Part shown: in pieces, positions 12,301 to 27,665 of the stretch
Layout of the letters: the number at the start of each line of letters is the position of its first letter
Numbering within the stretch: position 1 is the stretch's first letter
Origin: Octopus vulgaris
Lineage: Eukaryota
Direction of reading: 5' to 3'
Assembly (NCBI GenBank): GCA_951406725.2
Contig: OX597825.1
Span: 27,590,001-27,654,000, forward strand
DNA: 64,000 nucleotides
The notes under the pieces: model-generated
The model's input: the letters and a program-made list of their open reading frames with translations, nothing else
The model's database searches: none
What the model was told of the DNA's origin: nothing
Translations under genes and position numbers: made by a program

Positions 12301-13543
12301 TCATTATTTCTTCTTTTGCTGGTGTCTGAAATTTAGGTAAAATCAGTGTTTCTCAAAGGGGAGACCTATGGGACGGTCGGACATGTTATTTTCAGAAAAT
12401 TCGGTTTAACCGTTTGACAACTCTTCACCGTCCATTGGACGGGGATGGGGGGTTGCTCGTTATTTATAAGACAAGCGTCTTAATTCCTATTTCTTTGGAT
12501 TGACTCCGCTATGGCAAGCAAATCTAATTTATTATTGGACATCAATAATTTCTGTCGGGCGATTGACAGTATAATCCATTTTCGATTAAAATATTAATTG
12601 GAACGTAATTAAGACAGTATTGGTCACATATTGATTCCGCAATTGCTCTGAAAATGGTTCAGTGTATTTTTTTTTATTTACTATGCATATATTTGTAAAA
12701 CTGTATACGTTGAGTTAATAATGTATTTTATTTCTAATTTATGAATGATTCGTACATTGTTGAACTTGCACATTGTTCATTAGGAATGATATGTAAGTAA
12801 AGAATTTGATTTAGTAGGTGGTGTTAATTTTAAATTATTTGATTGACACACATGTATAATTGGTCACTGTTTGTGTTAGAGTATATAGTGAAATGTTTTA
12901 CTACATAGTTCCAATCAAATAGCTGATAGTTATAACACTAGTTACAATCTTGCCTCGATACAAATCTATTTCGTTGCCATGCTACCATTATTTGATAATA
13001 TGATAGTTTGTTTTCATTTTAATAATGCTGACAACAACAATTTTAGAGTATATTTTGCGATTTGTGTAATTGTAGCCGTCATTGTAAATTAATATATTTT
13101 TACCTTCGAAACGAACCGTGAAAATGTTATGCATTTGGGAATTGGTGTTAGTAAGTGAACATATATATAATAAAATAGAATAATAAATGAAAATATGTGT
13201 ATGTACAAATAAGCTTAAGCATGTATAGACAGATACATATAAATATATTTATACAAGATTAATACCTATCATATTTGTATATTCCATATGTATGTGTTTG
13301 CGTGTGTGTTTATGTGTCTGTGTGTGTATGTGTGTATGTGTGTGTCTGTGTATGTTTGTGTCTGTGTCTGTTAGTGTAGACATTGTAATTACCATCAATG
13401 CTGTATTTTCGTCCTTTACCCTCTTTATTCTTTTAATTCTTTGTCTTTTCTTCACAATCATCCCCACATCATCATAATCATCATTTCCTTTCCTTCTACT
13501 CGTCATCAACATGTTTATCATCGCCGTCAATATCTAAGTCGGA

Positions 13544-13766
13544 TTCTTCTTCTTCTTCTTCTTCTTCTTCTTCTTCTTCTTCTTCTTCTTCTTCTTCTTC
13601 TTCTTCTTCTTCTTCTTCTTCTTCTTCTTCTTCTTCTTCTTCTTCTTCTTCTCTTTCGACACCGTGGTCGTCGTCGTCCTCGTAGTGTCCTCATCTTAAT
13701 CTTCACTAACCTCTTCGCCTTATTGTAATTACTACCACTACTACTACAACTACTACTACTACTACA

Positions 13767-13797
<31 letters not shown>

Positions 13798-13893
13798 CTT
13801 ATACTACTACTACTACTACAACAAATAATACTACTACCACTACTACTACTATTACTGCTACTACTACTACTACTACTTCAACTACTCCTTCTA

Positions 13894-13933
<40 letters not shown>

Positions 13934-13965
13934 AACTACTACTACTACTTCAACTACTACTGCTG
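13544..13965. repeat. (CTT)n and (CTA)n trinucleotide tracts
   Basis: (CTT)n 13544-13652; degenerate (CTA)n about 13730-13965. Confidence 0.97.
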
Positions 13966-15270
13966 CTGCTATCATCATTACTATTAACATTATTGTTGCA
14001 TGCACTGCAGCATCAACGTCATCAACATCGCAATCTACTTGATTCTTCTTATTTGCTCCATGTCTTAGTACATGCCTTCAACAATGTCAGGTGACGTTTT
14101 AGGTGTCAGCGTAAGCCTTCGTACATGTGTGTTTTACGTATTTGTACTACTTTATTTTTAAAACATATCGTTACAAACAAAAGCAAAAAGCAATTTCTAA
14201 AAATGGTAGAGAATGGATGGTGCATTGTTAAAATATTTGGAATGTTCTTTAAAAAATCATGATTTCCCTAAAGGTAATTTTATCAAATATATTCTACACT
14301 GTCTGTGAAATATTACGCTAGTATTTTATTAAATAGCGATAGTTTTTTCCTCAATTTTACTACGTGTATCTGTTTTAGTAGTTTTACTTATGTACGTATA
14401 TGTTTCTCTTAATTTTCGTATATTTCGATTATACATCTCCATACGCACAGATCGACGAGAAGTGAACAGTACAAGCATCAGATATAGTTTTATAAGCATG
14501 TATATATATATAGAGAGAGAGAGACACATATATCGATCTGAATAATCAGTCATGCGTAATTATATAAATCATTTCTAAAATTTAATTATATGAAGAGAAA
14601 TATGGATAGAAAAAATGTTTGTCTGCAAAACGTATGTATGTATCCACACGCTAGGAGACATAGATACACGCACGAACAAACATGCATAGATATGTGTGTA
14701 TGTATGTATAATTATATATATATATATATACATACGTATATAGATACATATACACTCACACACATACACACAGCACAAACACACGCATATATATAGATAG
14801 AGAGGTGGATAAATTCACACATAACCATACAAAAAATTATATGCATACATACAACTGTATATTTAAGCATGTATGTGTAAGTACACATTTGCAAACATAC
14901 AAACAAACACACATATACACACATATACACACGCACATGTATAGGTATGAACATATTGTGGCTCAGAATGTTAGCAGAGTCAAAGACAGTTCTCTCCTCT
15001 TCCAATAAATAGCATACATCCATTCTACATAACACCAATAAGATCTTTGCTTCGATTCACTGTATTTCACCATTTCACAGCCGTGTATAATCAAAAACAT
15101 CTTCACGAACCATGTACGTCCTGCATACACGAGTATATATATATATCTATATCTAAGTAAATATATATATATATCCATATACTAAGCAATAAAGGGTTTA
15201 GCAACGAATTGCCTTACCACAGACCGAATTTAGAAATAGCAGTCAAAGAGTTATAGCTATTTATATATAT

Positions 15271-15350
<80 letters not shown>

Positions 15351-15499
15351 CATATATCTATGTATATACTCATATATATATATATATATATATAGTCATA
15401 TATATATATATATATATTAATAAATGAAATAAAACATATGCATATATATAAACATATATGTACGTACCTACCTCTACATGTACATATACACGCATATAT

Positions 15500-15629
15500 G
15501 TGTACAGGACACCAAAGGGACGTCGAACACAAAGAGAAACGAAAACATAGACACAAACCAAAGGAACAGGACATTTTTTTAAAAACAACAAAAAATGGAG
15601 TACAGGACAATTAACACAACGAAATAACC

Positions 15630-15630
<1 letters not shown>
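15500..15630. repeat. Interspersed repeat; homolog in opposite orientation at about 37960-38075
   Basis: GTACAGGACACC..ACGT.GAACACAA.G.GAAACGAAAACATAGA is shared with the reverse complement of 37990-38072. Both copies abut (TA)n. Confidence 0.7.
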
Positions 15631-15661
<31 letters not shown>

Positions 15662-15665
<4 letters not shown>

Positions 15666-15935
15666 TGTTGTGTCTGGGGAGAGTCATTTTCTTTTTGTGC
15701 CTTATAACTTAACACACTCACCGGTAGATTTTCCACTTATTCCTTACTTTCATTTTCCTAAAATTTTCGTTGCGTCTTGCAACCTTTTCAATAGTCTTGG
15801 CTCTTATTGAAAATGTTGCAAGACGCAGCGAGAATTTTAGGAAAATAAAAATAAAGGATAAGTTGAAAATTTACCGGGAAGTGTGTTAAATTATAAGGCA
15901 CAAAAAAAATCACTCTCCTCCGACAAAACAGAATA
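15662..15935. mobile_element. About 270-bp fold-back element (inverted PLE-type terminal repeats) with a U3-A8 hammerhead fold on each arm
   Basis: Arms of about 130 bp are reverse complements centred near 15798. Minus arm 15758-15794 reads CUA-UUGAAAA-G-GUUGC-AAGAC-GCAAC-GAAA-AU-UU-UAG. Confidence 0.8.
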
Positions 15936-15990
15936 TGCTTCAACACACGAACTCACATAAAGAATCTAGCAAAACAAATACAAAAATGAA

Positions 15991-16033
<43 letters not shown>

Positions 16034-16041
16034 CACATATA

Positions 16042-16120
<79 letters not shown>

Positions 16121-16138
16121 TACATATATATATATATA

Positions 16139-16181
<43 letters not shown>

Positions 16182-16847
16182 GAAGAAGACAAAGAAAATG
16201 GTTTAATACATCTTTAATTGTAAGTTACGAATGTTTTGCAACGCCAGTTTGCGCGAAAATTCTAAATGAAAAAAGAAGTAATATTTGCACTGGAGAGGCG
16301 CTTTATCAGGCTTGCATCAAAAGTGTGCTACTATTACGTTGTGGGTCCTTCAGACATTGTTGTCAGGAAAATATTGGCAGGAAGCAGGAAAGATAAATTT
16401 AAAAGTGTAGATGGAAGTGTAAATTCATACCGAAAACGAATGATGAAGCCAAGAATGGCTCAGAAACCGTACCTAATCTTCGGGACCGTATTCCTCACTA
16501 CGAGGATAGTGAATCACAGCTAATAGATGGCGGAACTATGCCATAATGTGACCTATGAATACATAAAAAAAACTTCTACTAAAACAGTTGTTGTAAATAT
16601 TATGTGTTCCTTTGTTGTTCCTTTTATTACTACGCGCACCTTGAAACAAACCTCTTCTGGATTTGTGACTTAAATCGGATTTGGTACTTCAATATCTCAA
16701 TACCTGCACTATACTACCAACACATGATATTTCATTGTTTATCTTAATGCATGGTACTTAGCTGGTCCTGGCGTCCTGCGTGCCGTCGCACTTTGGCTCC
16801 AATTAAATTCTGTAAGTAATCTCACCCTCTCACTCTCTCTCCGTATG

Positions 16848-16904
<57 letters not shown>

Positions 16905-16979
16905 AAATATATATATATAGATAGATAGATAGATAGATGGATAGATAGACAGATATATATAGATATAGATATATACATT

Positions 16980-17037
<58 letters not shown>

Positions 17038-17132
17038 AATATATATATATGTATATATATGTGTATATTGATATATATATATACATACATACAAGCAAAC
17101 ATATATACTTGCATGCATGCATACACACACAT

Positions 17133-17194
<62 letters not shown>

Positions 17195-17895
17195 TGATAG
17201 ATGTATTTGTATATACATATAATTCTATGTAAGCTACACAGTTATATATTGATGTGGACTTGTATATTATTTGTTTGAACACATAACCATTTTGTACGTA
17301 TAGTCATATCTTTGTGTATATACGTGTCACACTTGTTCTGGTGATCATGTTGGTATTGATTATAATCTCAAATGAAAATAGATAAGAATTTTCAAGTCAT
17401 AGCTAAATGGAATAAGCGTCAGATTCAGCTGTGACTTATGTCATTGTTCAATATTATTTTGCTTACATCCGCCATTTTGTATACTTACTGCGATACTGTC
17501 ATTATAGTCTTCCTGACTTGCCGATTTGGCTTCCATTGTTGTATTTCTTGTTTCTATTCATGCTTGTTGTATTGTTGTTGTTGCTGATGATTACATTGTG
17601 CTTGATAATATTTTTGTTCTTGTACTTGTAGTGGTTGTCTGTTCGGCTTGTTCGACATGTTAAGATTTTGTATATACATTCATACATACAATCATACATA
17701 CATACATACACACATATACACCATATATATATATTTATATATATGTAAATATATATATACATATATATATATACATGCACCACACACTTACAAATACCCA
17801 CACACATACATCAGCATAGACACACGCCGAAACACGCGAACATAAAGTTTCGTATCTATAGGTTTATACATTTATTTGTATGTGAATGTGTGTGT

Positions 17896-17944
<49 letters not shown>

Positions 17945-19330
17945 TGTGTGTGTGTGTATGTGTGTGTGTGCGTGTGTGTAATCGTATATGCTCAATACTT
18001 TTTGTTTCCATTTCTTTGAAATGTATCATACCGTCACATTGAATGTCATTCATATTATTTTCTGGAACTGCGGTTAAGAAAAATTAAATTTTGTTCTAAC
18101 ATTCTTTCTACTTCTATTCTTTGTAACCTGACAACTTATTAAGGAGACATGTTGGAAAGCAAGATTCAAAGTTATTCATAGAAGTTTAGCACAATCGCTC
18201 AAAATATCTAGTTTTACGTAATACGAACTGCTTTGGGTAGACACACAAGAAATTTCGTAAACCGACATGCATTTTGAAACACAGAAAAACAAGGATTGAT
18301 TTAAAAGAAATACAGCAAATTTATACATCTCTTTCAACTTATTAACATATCTGAATTTTTTGCTGTTCAACACTAAGCTAACCTTGATTCTACTGAGCTG
18401 TGATTAATTTTATGATTAATTCTAACATACACTATTTTGTGGGTCACATATGGCACATATTTCATACTTGCCGAACTAACTCGTACAAGGGTACTGCGAG
18501 TATCACTGACATGTGAAATATATTTAATGTAACTTAATTTCATGTTTAATCCAACACCTTGAAATCTGAACAACTAGTGTGCTATGGAAATGCCTCCAGT
18601 GTTCTGTTTTCCTCTAAAATGCTTAAATGTAATTTTAGTTCAACTTGGCTGCTAAATCTAGTATGCCAAATGACCGGTCAGATGACCCTGCTGTGTTCGT
18701 TCGACATTTACGAGCCGTCAGATTATTAAAATAATGCAGGTGATTATATCCAGCCACTGAAAAATACTATGTGGTGCTAAAGTAATGCTATTTCTTTTCT
18801 CAACGTCCTTTGCGAATGTAAATCAATAGCGTACGGCAATCAATGTGATGGATTCGAATGCCGGTGTGAGCTCCGTGGATTTACAATCGCTCTGGTGTAT
18901 AAAATGCGTGGTAGTTTCGATCGAAAGCAAGACAAAATTTTATAGACTTAATGCTGAAACTTTTCACTTCTACATCAATTGTAGGAAGAGCAGTTAGGAT
19001 AGATTATCACAGCGAAAATTATCATGTCAAAGAATCCAGTTATTTCTCACATGCTACCTCTCTCTTTCTTCCTTTCTGTCATTCTTTCTTTCTATCGGTC
19101 TATCTTTCTTTTTTTCTAACTTTCTTTCTTTCATTCTATGTCAGTGTGAATGTATTGAATGGGTAAGTGAGCGTGTGTATATACAACAGATATATATCTA
19201 TACATATCCGTGTGTGTGCGTGTATGTGCGTGTGCGCGCGCATATGTATGTGTGTGCGTCTGTGAGGTGGGGGGTGTTTGTGTGTGTCTTGCAACCAATA
19301 TTCCGAATAAGATTATTTTGGAAGTAGCAA

Positions 19331-19363
<33 letters not shown>

Positions 19364-19399
19364 TACTACTACTGCTGTTGCTGTTGCAGCTGTCATTAT

Positions 19400-19560
19400 T
19401 ATATGTTTGGCTTTTGCTCGGTATTTGTACAAATTGACTCCAAGCTTCACCTAGAGACCTCAAATGACAATACGTTAGAAGTTCAAATATGTGTTATGAC
19501 TAGGGTGCCATATTTTGGGATTTACACAGAGTATTGTTCTAGGAAATGCCTCTTAAATCA
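19400..19560 (-). mobile_element. Highly decayed 3' end of an R4/Dong-type LINE
   Basis: Minus-strand GAGGTCTCTAGGTGAAGCTTGGAGTCAATTTGTACAAA resembles the 3' UTR at 55185-55220; weak IQK..L.T.HI-like remnant upstream. Confidence 0.4.
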
Positions 19561-19804
19561 TTAAAAAATTGGAAGTTTGTTTTGAAACTAATCTTATTAA
19601 AGATGGCAGTCTGACGTTACAATGTCCGTAAAAGGATCTTGCTGAGGAAAACCGTTTTTGTAGTTGTATTGTATAGTCTTTAGTTTACAAGACAAAGTTT
19701 TACTCATAGTTACAGCTTACATTCGGTATCACAATGTTAATCATGGATTTTTATGATATTAAATTATGTTCATTAAAACAACCCTATAATATGTTTTTAG
19801 ATTC

Positions 19805-19890
19805 ATTTGCATATAATGTATGGCACATCATATAATTTGCATATAATGTATGGCACATCATATAATTTGCATATAATGTACGGCACATCA
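19805..19890. repeat. 30-bp tandem repeat, about 2.9 copies
   Basis: ATTTGCATATAATGTATGGCACATCATATA repeated with one substitution. Confidence 0.95.
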
Positions 19891-20116
19891 GAGTTAACAG
19901 ATGATAGGATCAACCTTTCTCTACCGTGTTTTTCTGGAGTTCGTCTCTTTGATGGAAGTGATATTCCAATTCGAGGAATGACACCAGACATCTAGAATGT
20001 TCTCAGATGCTCATAGCTCTTTACTCCTCGGTGAGCACAACAGACAATATGCCAAAACTTCGATTGTCCTCATCCGATCCAAATATTTGACCGTGTGTCA
20101 AAATTAGAGAATAATG

Positions 20117-20198
<82 letters not shown>

Positions 20199-20399
20199 GA
20201 TAGACCTTGTGCCTAGAGTAGAAAGGATTATTATTATCGATTTGATCATGTAATTTTTTTAGACCGAAATTGCGAGTTGAAACCACCAACGTGTGGCCAT
20301 TTGTGATTCTTTTATCATGCGCTCCTTTAGGATATTTTGCGTTCCTAATAATCAATTTTTCGTCCTTTATATGAATTTCAATCCGTTTTCCCAAGTAAT

Positions 20400-23140
20400 G
20401 ATTTGATTTTTTTTTCTGATAGTAAGAAGTCTTTCTCTACCACTGCTTCAGTTCCAACAGTGATCCAAGTCAACACCATTTATCTTTTGATAATTTCTTC
20501 AGCTCATAGAAATCGTTGTTTGATTTGAAGAACCTTGAATTTATGCCGACCGTTCTGTTCGATCAAATTGTGTTGCTAGTTTTACATTGCTAGGCATCAA
20601 TAGTACGAAAAAGTTACCCAGGGTATCCTGAGTATCAATTGCTCACCACCCCATTAACTCCATTGAAATAGTTCGTTGTAATGCTAATTCAGAGGTTACC
20701 TCATCTTAGGTGAAGGAAAAACGGTGGTTATTAGCAAGCAGGTCCGGTGAATGTACCGCAGCCGGATGATTTGAAGGTTCGCGATAAGTAGATCTTGCGG
20801 ACAAAGCTCTATCTGACTATCTGAATACAAGACAAAAAGTAGTATTAGAATTTGCATACAAACGGAATAAACTTTGGGATTGTTACACAGTCTCTCAAAT
20901 TGTTTAAAAATCACTAGAATGTTGAAGCATACACTGATTAGAATAAAAAAGAATATTTTGTCAGGAAATAATAATGTAGCCTGCAATGGTTTTTGTGTAT
21001 TGCATTCCATCCCTTCTATTCCAGCATGTTATAGATGTGGACCTTCATGATGAGTCCCAGATGAAATACGGCTTGATGGTGATGACCTCAATGTAATTAC
21101 ATGCCTGTGTAAAAATGTGATATTTGCAGAATGAGCTTTCGAATTATGCCTGTAATTTGCAACAACAAAAGCAAACAAGTATTTATAGGAGTATTTCCCC
21201 AGCATAAGTACCCCGAAGCACGAAAATAATTGTCCTTTTCTGCCAACACTATTCTATAAACATGTAGTTTTCTCATGTAATGGAGTAATAGCAATACATT
21301 TGTTCAGTTACACACTTTCTTCAAAGATTCCGATTCTGTTATCCCGCATCATTGCAATATCTACAGATGTGGCCACTTCGAGAAAACGGGGACCCTTTAA
21401 TTGAATGAACTTGAAATTTCACCAATACCTAAGTTTGAGAAAAACAAAGTAGTGTTCATAATGTTTGATGGATTAATTCTGTCCTTGGGATAATAAAGGT
21501 TAAACTTCGAATGTTCTTCCTCATTCTATGGGCGTATCTTTTTTTCACATATCATTATTGACTTCAATTGTGAATTTAATGCTAAAGGCATTCTTGCAAC
21601 CAACTTTGTATTTAATACTACATTGAATCTTCTATATTATTCTTTTTCAGATAATTTATCCATTTTAATTATTGTAGTCCTATATAATTGTACCTTTCCT
21701 TCTCAATCTCCGTCACTACTTTCACTCAAGGAACAATATCCTACGTGCCAAAACTACTTTCTCTGTTTCCATTTTCATCATAAGCATTTTAAACCTTTTT
21801 ATCATAAATTCAATTCCGATATTTCTCTAAATAAATGAGCAGTGTTTACTAAAGCGTCCTCCTGGCTTTAACTCTTTAAATTTAAGAATACTTTATACTC
21901 GTCCATATACAAAAGATGCTTGAATTTAAATTGTTTCGTTCCCAATTCATACCCAAACCCTGTCTTTCACCATAACGCCATTACTGATGTCACGCACATT
22001 GAAAACAATAAAGTTCAAGGAATACTTTCTTCAAAAGTATTTCAATGAATTTGAATTCGTCCTTGTGGCTGTCTTCACGTTTGACAATTCAGTATTCAGG
22101 CGTGTGTTATACTACAGATAAAATTCGCTATTAGTCTAAAACTAACAGGTTCAGGCATTACATTCCCAACTACGTGGTGGTACCATATCCAATCATACAC
22201 ATTTGTGTGATATATATACGCTAACACCTCATTGTTATATTATAGTATCTTTTAGCCTCGCTTTGCCAATCAGTAACTTATTTATTGTCATTCTGTTGAT
22301 TTTTGTTCCTTTTAAAACCATCGTCTTCACTTACTAGTATTTGTTCGTTTTCAAAGAAGGAATATGTATTTTCGGAAAGTTCCTGCTCTGTAATTTCTAC
22401 ATATGTGAAATGTACAATAGTAAGCAGAACTTACTCACTATATTTCGTTTTGTCAGGTATGTCAAAAATTAAAATGGGTTTGCCTAGTCAACCACGGGCG
22501 TCAAATGCAATATCATTTAGGCAGTTAAGTAGCTGTAGAGCAATTATTTTCCACTAATTCTTAATTTAGTAACTTTCACTACCTTCATCACTACTTGGAG
22601 TTTTCTATTTCTGGCTCTAGGAAACTAGCTACTATCCAACGTTTTCTCAGTAGCAACATCACTTGACTTTTTCTAATGGCTTTTACCAGATTTGATTATT
22701 CTTTCGATTTAGTTTTTTTTTACATCATACTACTTTTCCTGTCTCCGACCCACTGTATCTAATGTCACCATCTAAATTTGTATTCTAATGATTTACCTAT
22801 TTGTACTGAATATAAGAGTTACCTATACTACCTTATTTGTTCATATCGTATAACTCTAATATTATTATTTTCCTTATAACCAATTTAAGACATTTTCCTT
22901 AGTTCGTGCTTTCCTTCTAGTTCAATACACTTCGTTGTCACTTCTCCCCTCCACTATATTCTCTAACATTCCTCTTTTCTACAATGACTCCCTATATTTA
23001 GTCTTCTTTTTATCATTTATTTTCTGCATGTATTTCTTGGAGCTCTTAACATGTTTTACACTACCTTATCGATGATAATAATATTAATTGCTTCAATCAT
23101 GTTCTTCCTAGTTAAATTTATTCGACCACTTTCACCTTTA
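20400..23140 (-). mobile_element. Decayed R4/Dong-clade non-LTR retrotransposon (RT plus C-terminal region)
   Basis: LLFSMCV..KTGFGYELGTKQFKFKHLLYMDEYKVF (a YMDD-type motif, about 21890-22010). Collinear remnants KTPSSD..Y*IK, WLT, DGFKR..LLIGKA, GIEGMEC.TQKPL and ITVGTEAVV. Boundaries approximate. Confidence 0.7.
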
Positions 23141-23967
23141 CATAATCTATATTTTACACGTTTCACCAATTTTGTAGATATGTTGAAATTGTTAAAAGCC
23201 GTAAGTTTTTGGGTCGCATCATTCAGTATTTGAATCGTTTACAAAGAGAGCGTGAGAGAGCGTCACGCTTTAATAAGATATTTTTAAACATTTCAAAAAT
23301 TCCCTGTATATATCGAAAACAGTGTTGCAAATCCCGCACGTTTATCAGAGACCCACGCGTACTTCCAATCAATCCATCGGGTGAACATACCTCAAAGCAA
23401 TTGCGCTTAATATTGACCTGTAGAAGCCTACGCGTGCTTTATATGGTACGATATTAAAGTTCATATGTACTTAAGGCGTTATATTTTTGTAGTTATGTAA
23501 ACCAGTGTCTGAGCTAATGTAAAAACAAGCTTAACACTTTTCTTCCTATTTCTTTCCTTACTATTCTGGTGAGGCCAATGGTATGAAATTTTTTCATATT
23601 TCCAAAGCCAGGACTTAACATTCAGATATGTATGTGTACATGTCCACGTTTGTGTGTGTGTTGTGTGTGTGTATGTGTATGTGTGTGTGTGTGTATTTAC
23701 ATACGCATATACATGTACATGTATTAAATACATATAAATGGAGAATTAGCATGTACAACTTGTTGCTTTCGTCATTTATATAAAATATATTAGTCGCAAA
23801 TATAAATCTACTGCAAGTCCAGGCATCGCAATGGTGGAAATTATCTATAAAAAATGACGAAATGAGGAATCCAGGTCAACACCAAACTACGTAACCGACG
23901 TTTATGTAACTGACAAATAATATGTCGACAAATGGAATATATCCATTTTCATTTCACTTCTATTATA

Positions 23968-24390
23968 TTTTCTCTTTTATTATTTATTTGTTACAAGTCA
24001 TTAAACTGCGGCCTTGCTGGGTCTGTGCCTTAAAAAAATTTTATTCGAATGAATCGACACCCAGTACCTTTCTTCCTGAAGCCGGGAACTTATTCTATCG
24101 GTCTTTTTGCCCAACTGGTAAGTTTCAAGGCCGCCAATATACCGACACGGATGGTGATGTGGACAAAGACAAAACAAAGGCATACACGCATACATATACA
24201 TGCATATATATATATATATATATATATACGATGGGATTCTTTCGGTTACCTCCTACCAAATTTACTCACACAGCTTTGGTCACCTTAGTGCTATAGTAGA
24301 AGACACTTGCCCGAGGTTCCACGCATTGGGACTGAACCCAGAATAACGTGATTGGGAAAGGAACCTCTCGCCATACAGTCACAGCTGCGC
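23968..24390 (-). mobile_element. SINE family C, full length, diverged
   Basis: Reverse complement of the head (GGGTTCAGTCCCA..GCGTGG.ACCT.GGGCAAGTGTCTTCTACTATAGC), internal TA tract and tail seen at 30846. Confidence 0.85.
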
Positions 24391-24676
24391 ATAATTGGAC
24401 AAGTTATATATATATATATTTATATATATACATGCACATTCATATTCTCCATATAAAATTAGTGTACATTCAAAAACAAATAAGTGACACTTAACAAGCA
24501 GCCTTACATGCTAGAAGGAGTAGTCAGAACGTCAAAAATCCACATTTCAGAGCAATTTCGAAGGAAATGAAAAGTAAAAACTTTTACCTTGATTTTACTG
24601 CCATACGGAGGTTTCGAACACTAGTTAGCAAATAAAATAATTTGCTAGGCAAAGTCTCATCTGTGGCTACGCCAAA

Positions 24677-24769
<93 letters not shown>

Positions 24770-25495
24770 GTTTTTTTAATTTTCTCCTGTTTACGGAATT
24801 GATCTTTATTTGCGGTAGAAGCTTTGGCTGTTATTTCTAGTGGGTGAATGGCCTATTATGGCCGTTCCTTAATTGTTAATGTTATATATATATATATATA
24901 TAATTATATATATATATATAATTATATATATATATATATATAATTATATATATTTAAACACAGAGAGAAACTGGGAGAAAGAGAGCAAGAAAGACAGCGA
25001 GAAAGAGAACGAGAGAGAGAGAGAGAGAAAAAGGAGAAAGAGAGCGAGGTGGAGGTTCAGCATTTGAATCTCCCACATTCGTTTCGTGTTAGAGATTATG
25101 TGTTATTGTCCAGGTTTTTATTCATCAATGGATTAGTCAGTGACAGGAGAACAATAGCTATATATCTTTCAAATTTTCGAGCGATGCCGAAACTAAAGTT
25201 TGCAGAAACCATATGTTATATATTGTCCTCTACTCATAGAACAACTTACAATATATAAACCAGCTGGACTTCGTATTTGTTGTCCAATAACTTTGTGAAG
25301 GTGTTGAATCAGGCGATTTTGAAATCTTATCATCAATTACTTGCATGTCATGATTTTTCTTTATTTTTTAATGTTCTCTTGGAATATAATTTGGGCCAAA
25401 TACGCTCGATTTCATTCAGTTAGTTTTCTCCTTCAGTGTATTTTGTTGCCCACTTTTTATCGTGTTATTGTGAGCATTGGATGACATCGCATTAA

Positions 25496-25715
25496 CCCTT
25501 TAGTGTTCAGATTACTCTGTTAAATGTAATACTTTTTCACTCAAATTGTTTTGAATTAATCATGCATTATTTTATAGCTTTGAGGTTTCAATGATGTGAT
25601 TGTTTATTTTTGGAATGTCAATGTAGGTGAGGTGTGAGAGGCTGGATCTGGCCAGTTTGAATATAAAACATGTAGAATATTTGGGCCTGATATGGCCGGT
25701 TTAAACACTAAAGGG
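25496..25715. mobile_element. 220-bp piggyBac-like MITE
   Basis: TTAA on both sides (25492-25495 and 25716-25719); perfect 12-bp TIRs CCCTTTAGTGTT / AACACTAAAGGG. Confidence 0.9.
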
Positions 25716-26740
25716 TTAAATCTACTACCTTTAATACAAACATAAACATGTTTTTCAATTGGCAGAATTGTGTAATTTTTACATAAAAACCCTCTATATT
25801 ACATTATAAACATTATAATATACATACCCAACACTTGTAATCCGATACATGAAATCTACTTAGTCGAGTTCAGTTTCGATTCTCGATAGAATATCTAATT
25901 TGTTGCATTACTTTCGAATATTTTTTGAACGTGGAATAGCATTTTAACTCAAGTTGTTCATTTTCCTTTTAATGTCGTCTATTTCAAGTTATGGAAATAA
26001 TAACATGGTTTAAATCTTAAGCAAGTCTCACTGCTCATAAAAATAATACATCTCTGTATTTATCGATCGATCGGTCATATCTCTGGGTCTACATGTGAAT
26101 AACCCCTTTCCAAATAGATTATGCTATATTTTGATTATCGTTCTGTTACAACTACATAAGTGACATGGTTAGAAATACAGGAATATTTCTTCTCCATAAT
26201 CTAAAAACATAAATATATGAAACTGAAGGAAAAAAAAATCACTGAATAAAACGTTGACAGTAGTTAAAACAGGACAGGTATGATAGGGTGAATAAAAGAG
26301 AAGAGAAAGATAACTTTTGAAATATAAAAGAAAAGAAAATTAATAGAAAAATACACGCCGGCACCTAAAGAAAAATTGAAATGGCGAACAAGATGGAAGG
26401 AACCACAAATAAAAATAAAAAGAACGCTAAAAAACATCAAAACAATTATGATATACATTCTGACAGAGAATCATATTCATAGCATATGAGTAGATTTCAA
26501 CTGAAAATGGTTGACACGCTAATGTAAGTACGAGCATCAACTGTCATGAAGAAGCTCGTATAGTAAAGATATAAATATATAAATAAGTAAATAAAGTAAA
26601 TAGGAATGAATAAAAAGGTAGATAAATAAAAGGGTTCATATTTCGCAGATAAAAGTCGGTCCTCTGTTTCTATTCTTTATAATCAGATATATGTGAGTGT
26701 GTGAATATGTGTTTTTATGATAGAGGTATGTGTACATACA

Positions 26741-26825
<85 letters not shown>

Positions 26826-26924
26826 GTGTGTGTGTAGAGAGAGAGAGAGAGCAAGAGAGAAAGAGAGAGATGCATACATACATACATATATACATACATA
26901 CATAGCCAGTCAGCCTGACAAAGG

Positions 26925-26997
<73 letters not shown>

Positions 26998-27026
26998 TAC
27001 ACACACACAGGCAGACATACAGATAG

Positions 27027-27079
<53 letters not shown>

Positions 27080-27169
27080 AGAAAAAGATGTCATTGAAGA
27101 AGTGAAGCGTATAAGATGAAATGACAATGGTTTTTTGGAAGTTCAATCTGTGTATTCAGCTTGACAGTT

Positions 27170-27632
27170 GTAGTAGAAGATGATAACAACGATAAGGATG
27201 GTGACGACATCTACGATGATGACGGTTATGATGATGTTGATGTTCCTGGTGATGATGATGATGATGATGACGATGATGATGATAATGACGAAGATTTTGA
27301 TCACAGAGGTGATGGTGGTGATAGTTGTGATGGTGACAATAATGATTAGGATCATGATGATGTTGATGATGATGATGATGATAATGACGATATTGATGGT
27401 CGTGTTAATGGTGTTGATGATGGTGGGAAGGAGAGAGAATGAGAGGGTGAGAATGGTGAGGGTGAGGATGGTGAGGTCAGTGATGATGATGCAAGTGTTG
27501 GAAGTGGTAACGATGATAAAAGATGATAATACAATGATAATGATGATACCGACAATGATGTTGTTGGTTGTGTCGGTGGCTTTGGTGATGATGATGACGA
27601 CGACGACGACGATGATGATGAGGATGATGATG

Positions 27633-27665
<33 letters not shown>

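Noticed and set aside
16436-16490. AUGAUGA-AGCCA..UGGCU-CA-GAAACCGUA hammerhead-like string
   Set aside because: A3-G8 mismatch, extra bases before GAAA, and no stem I.
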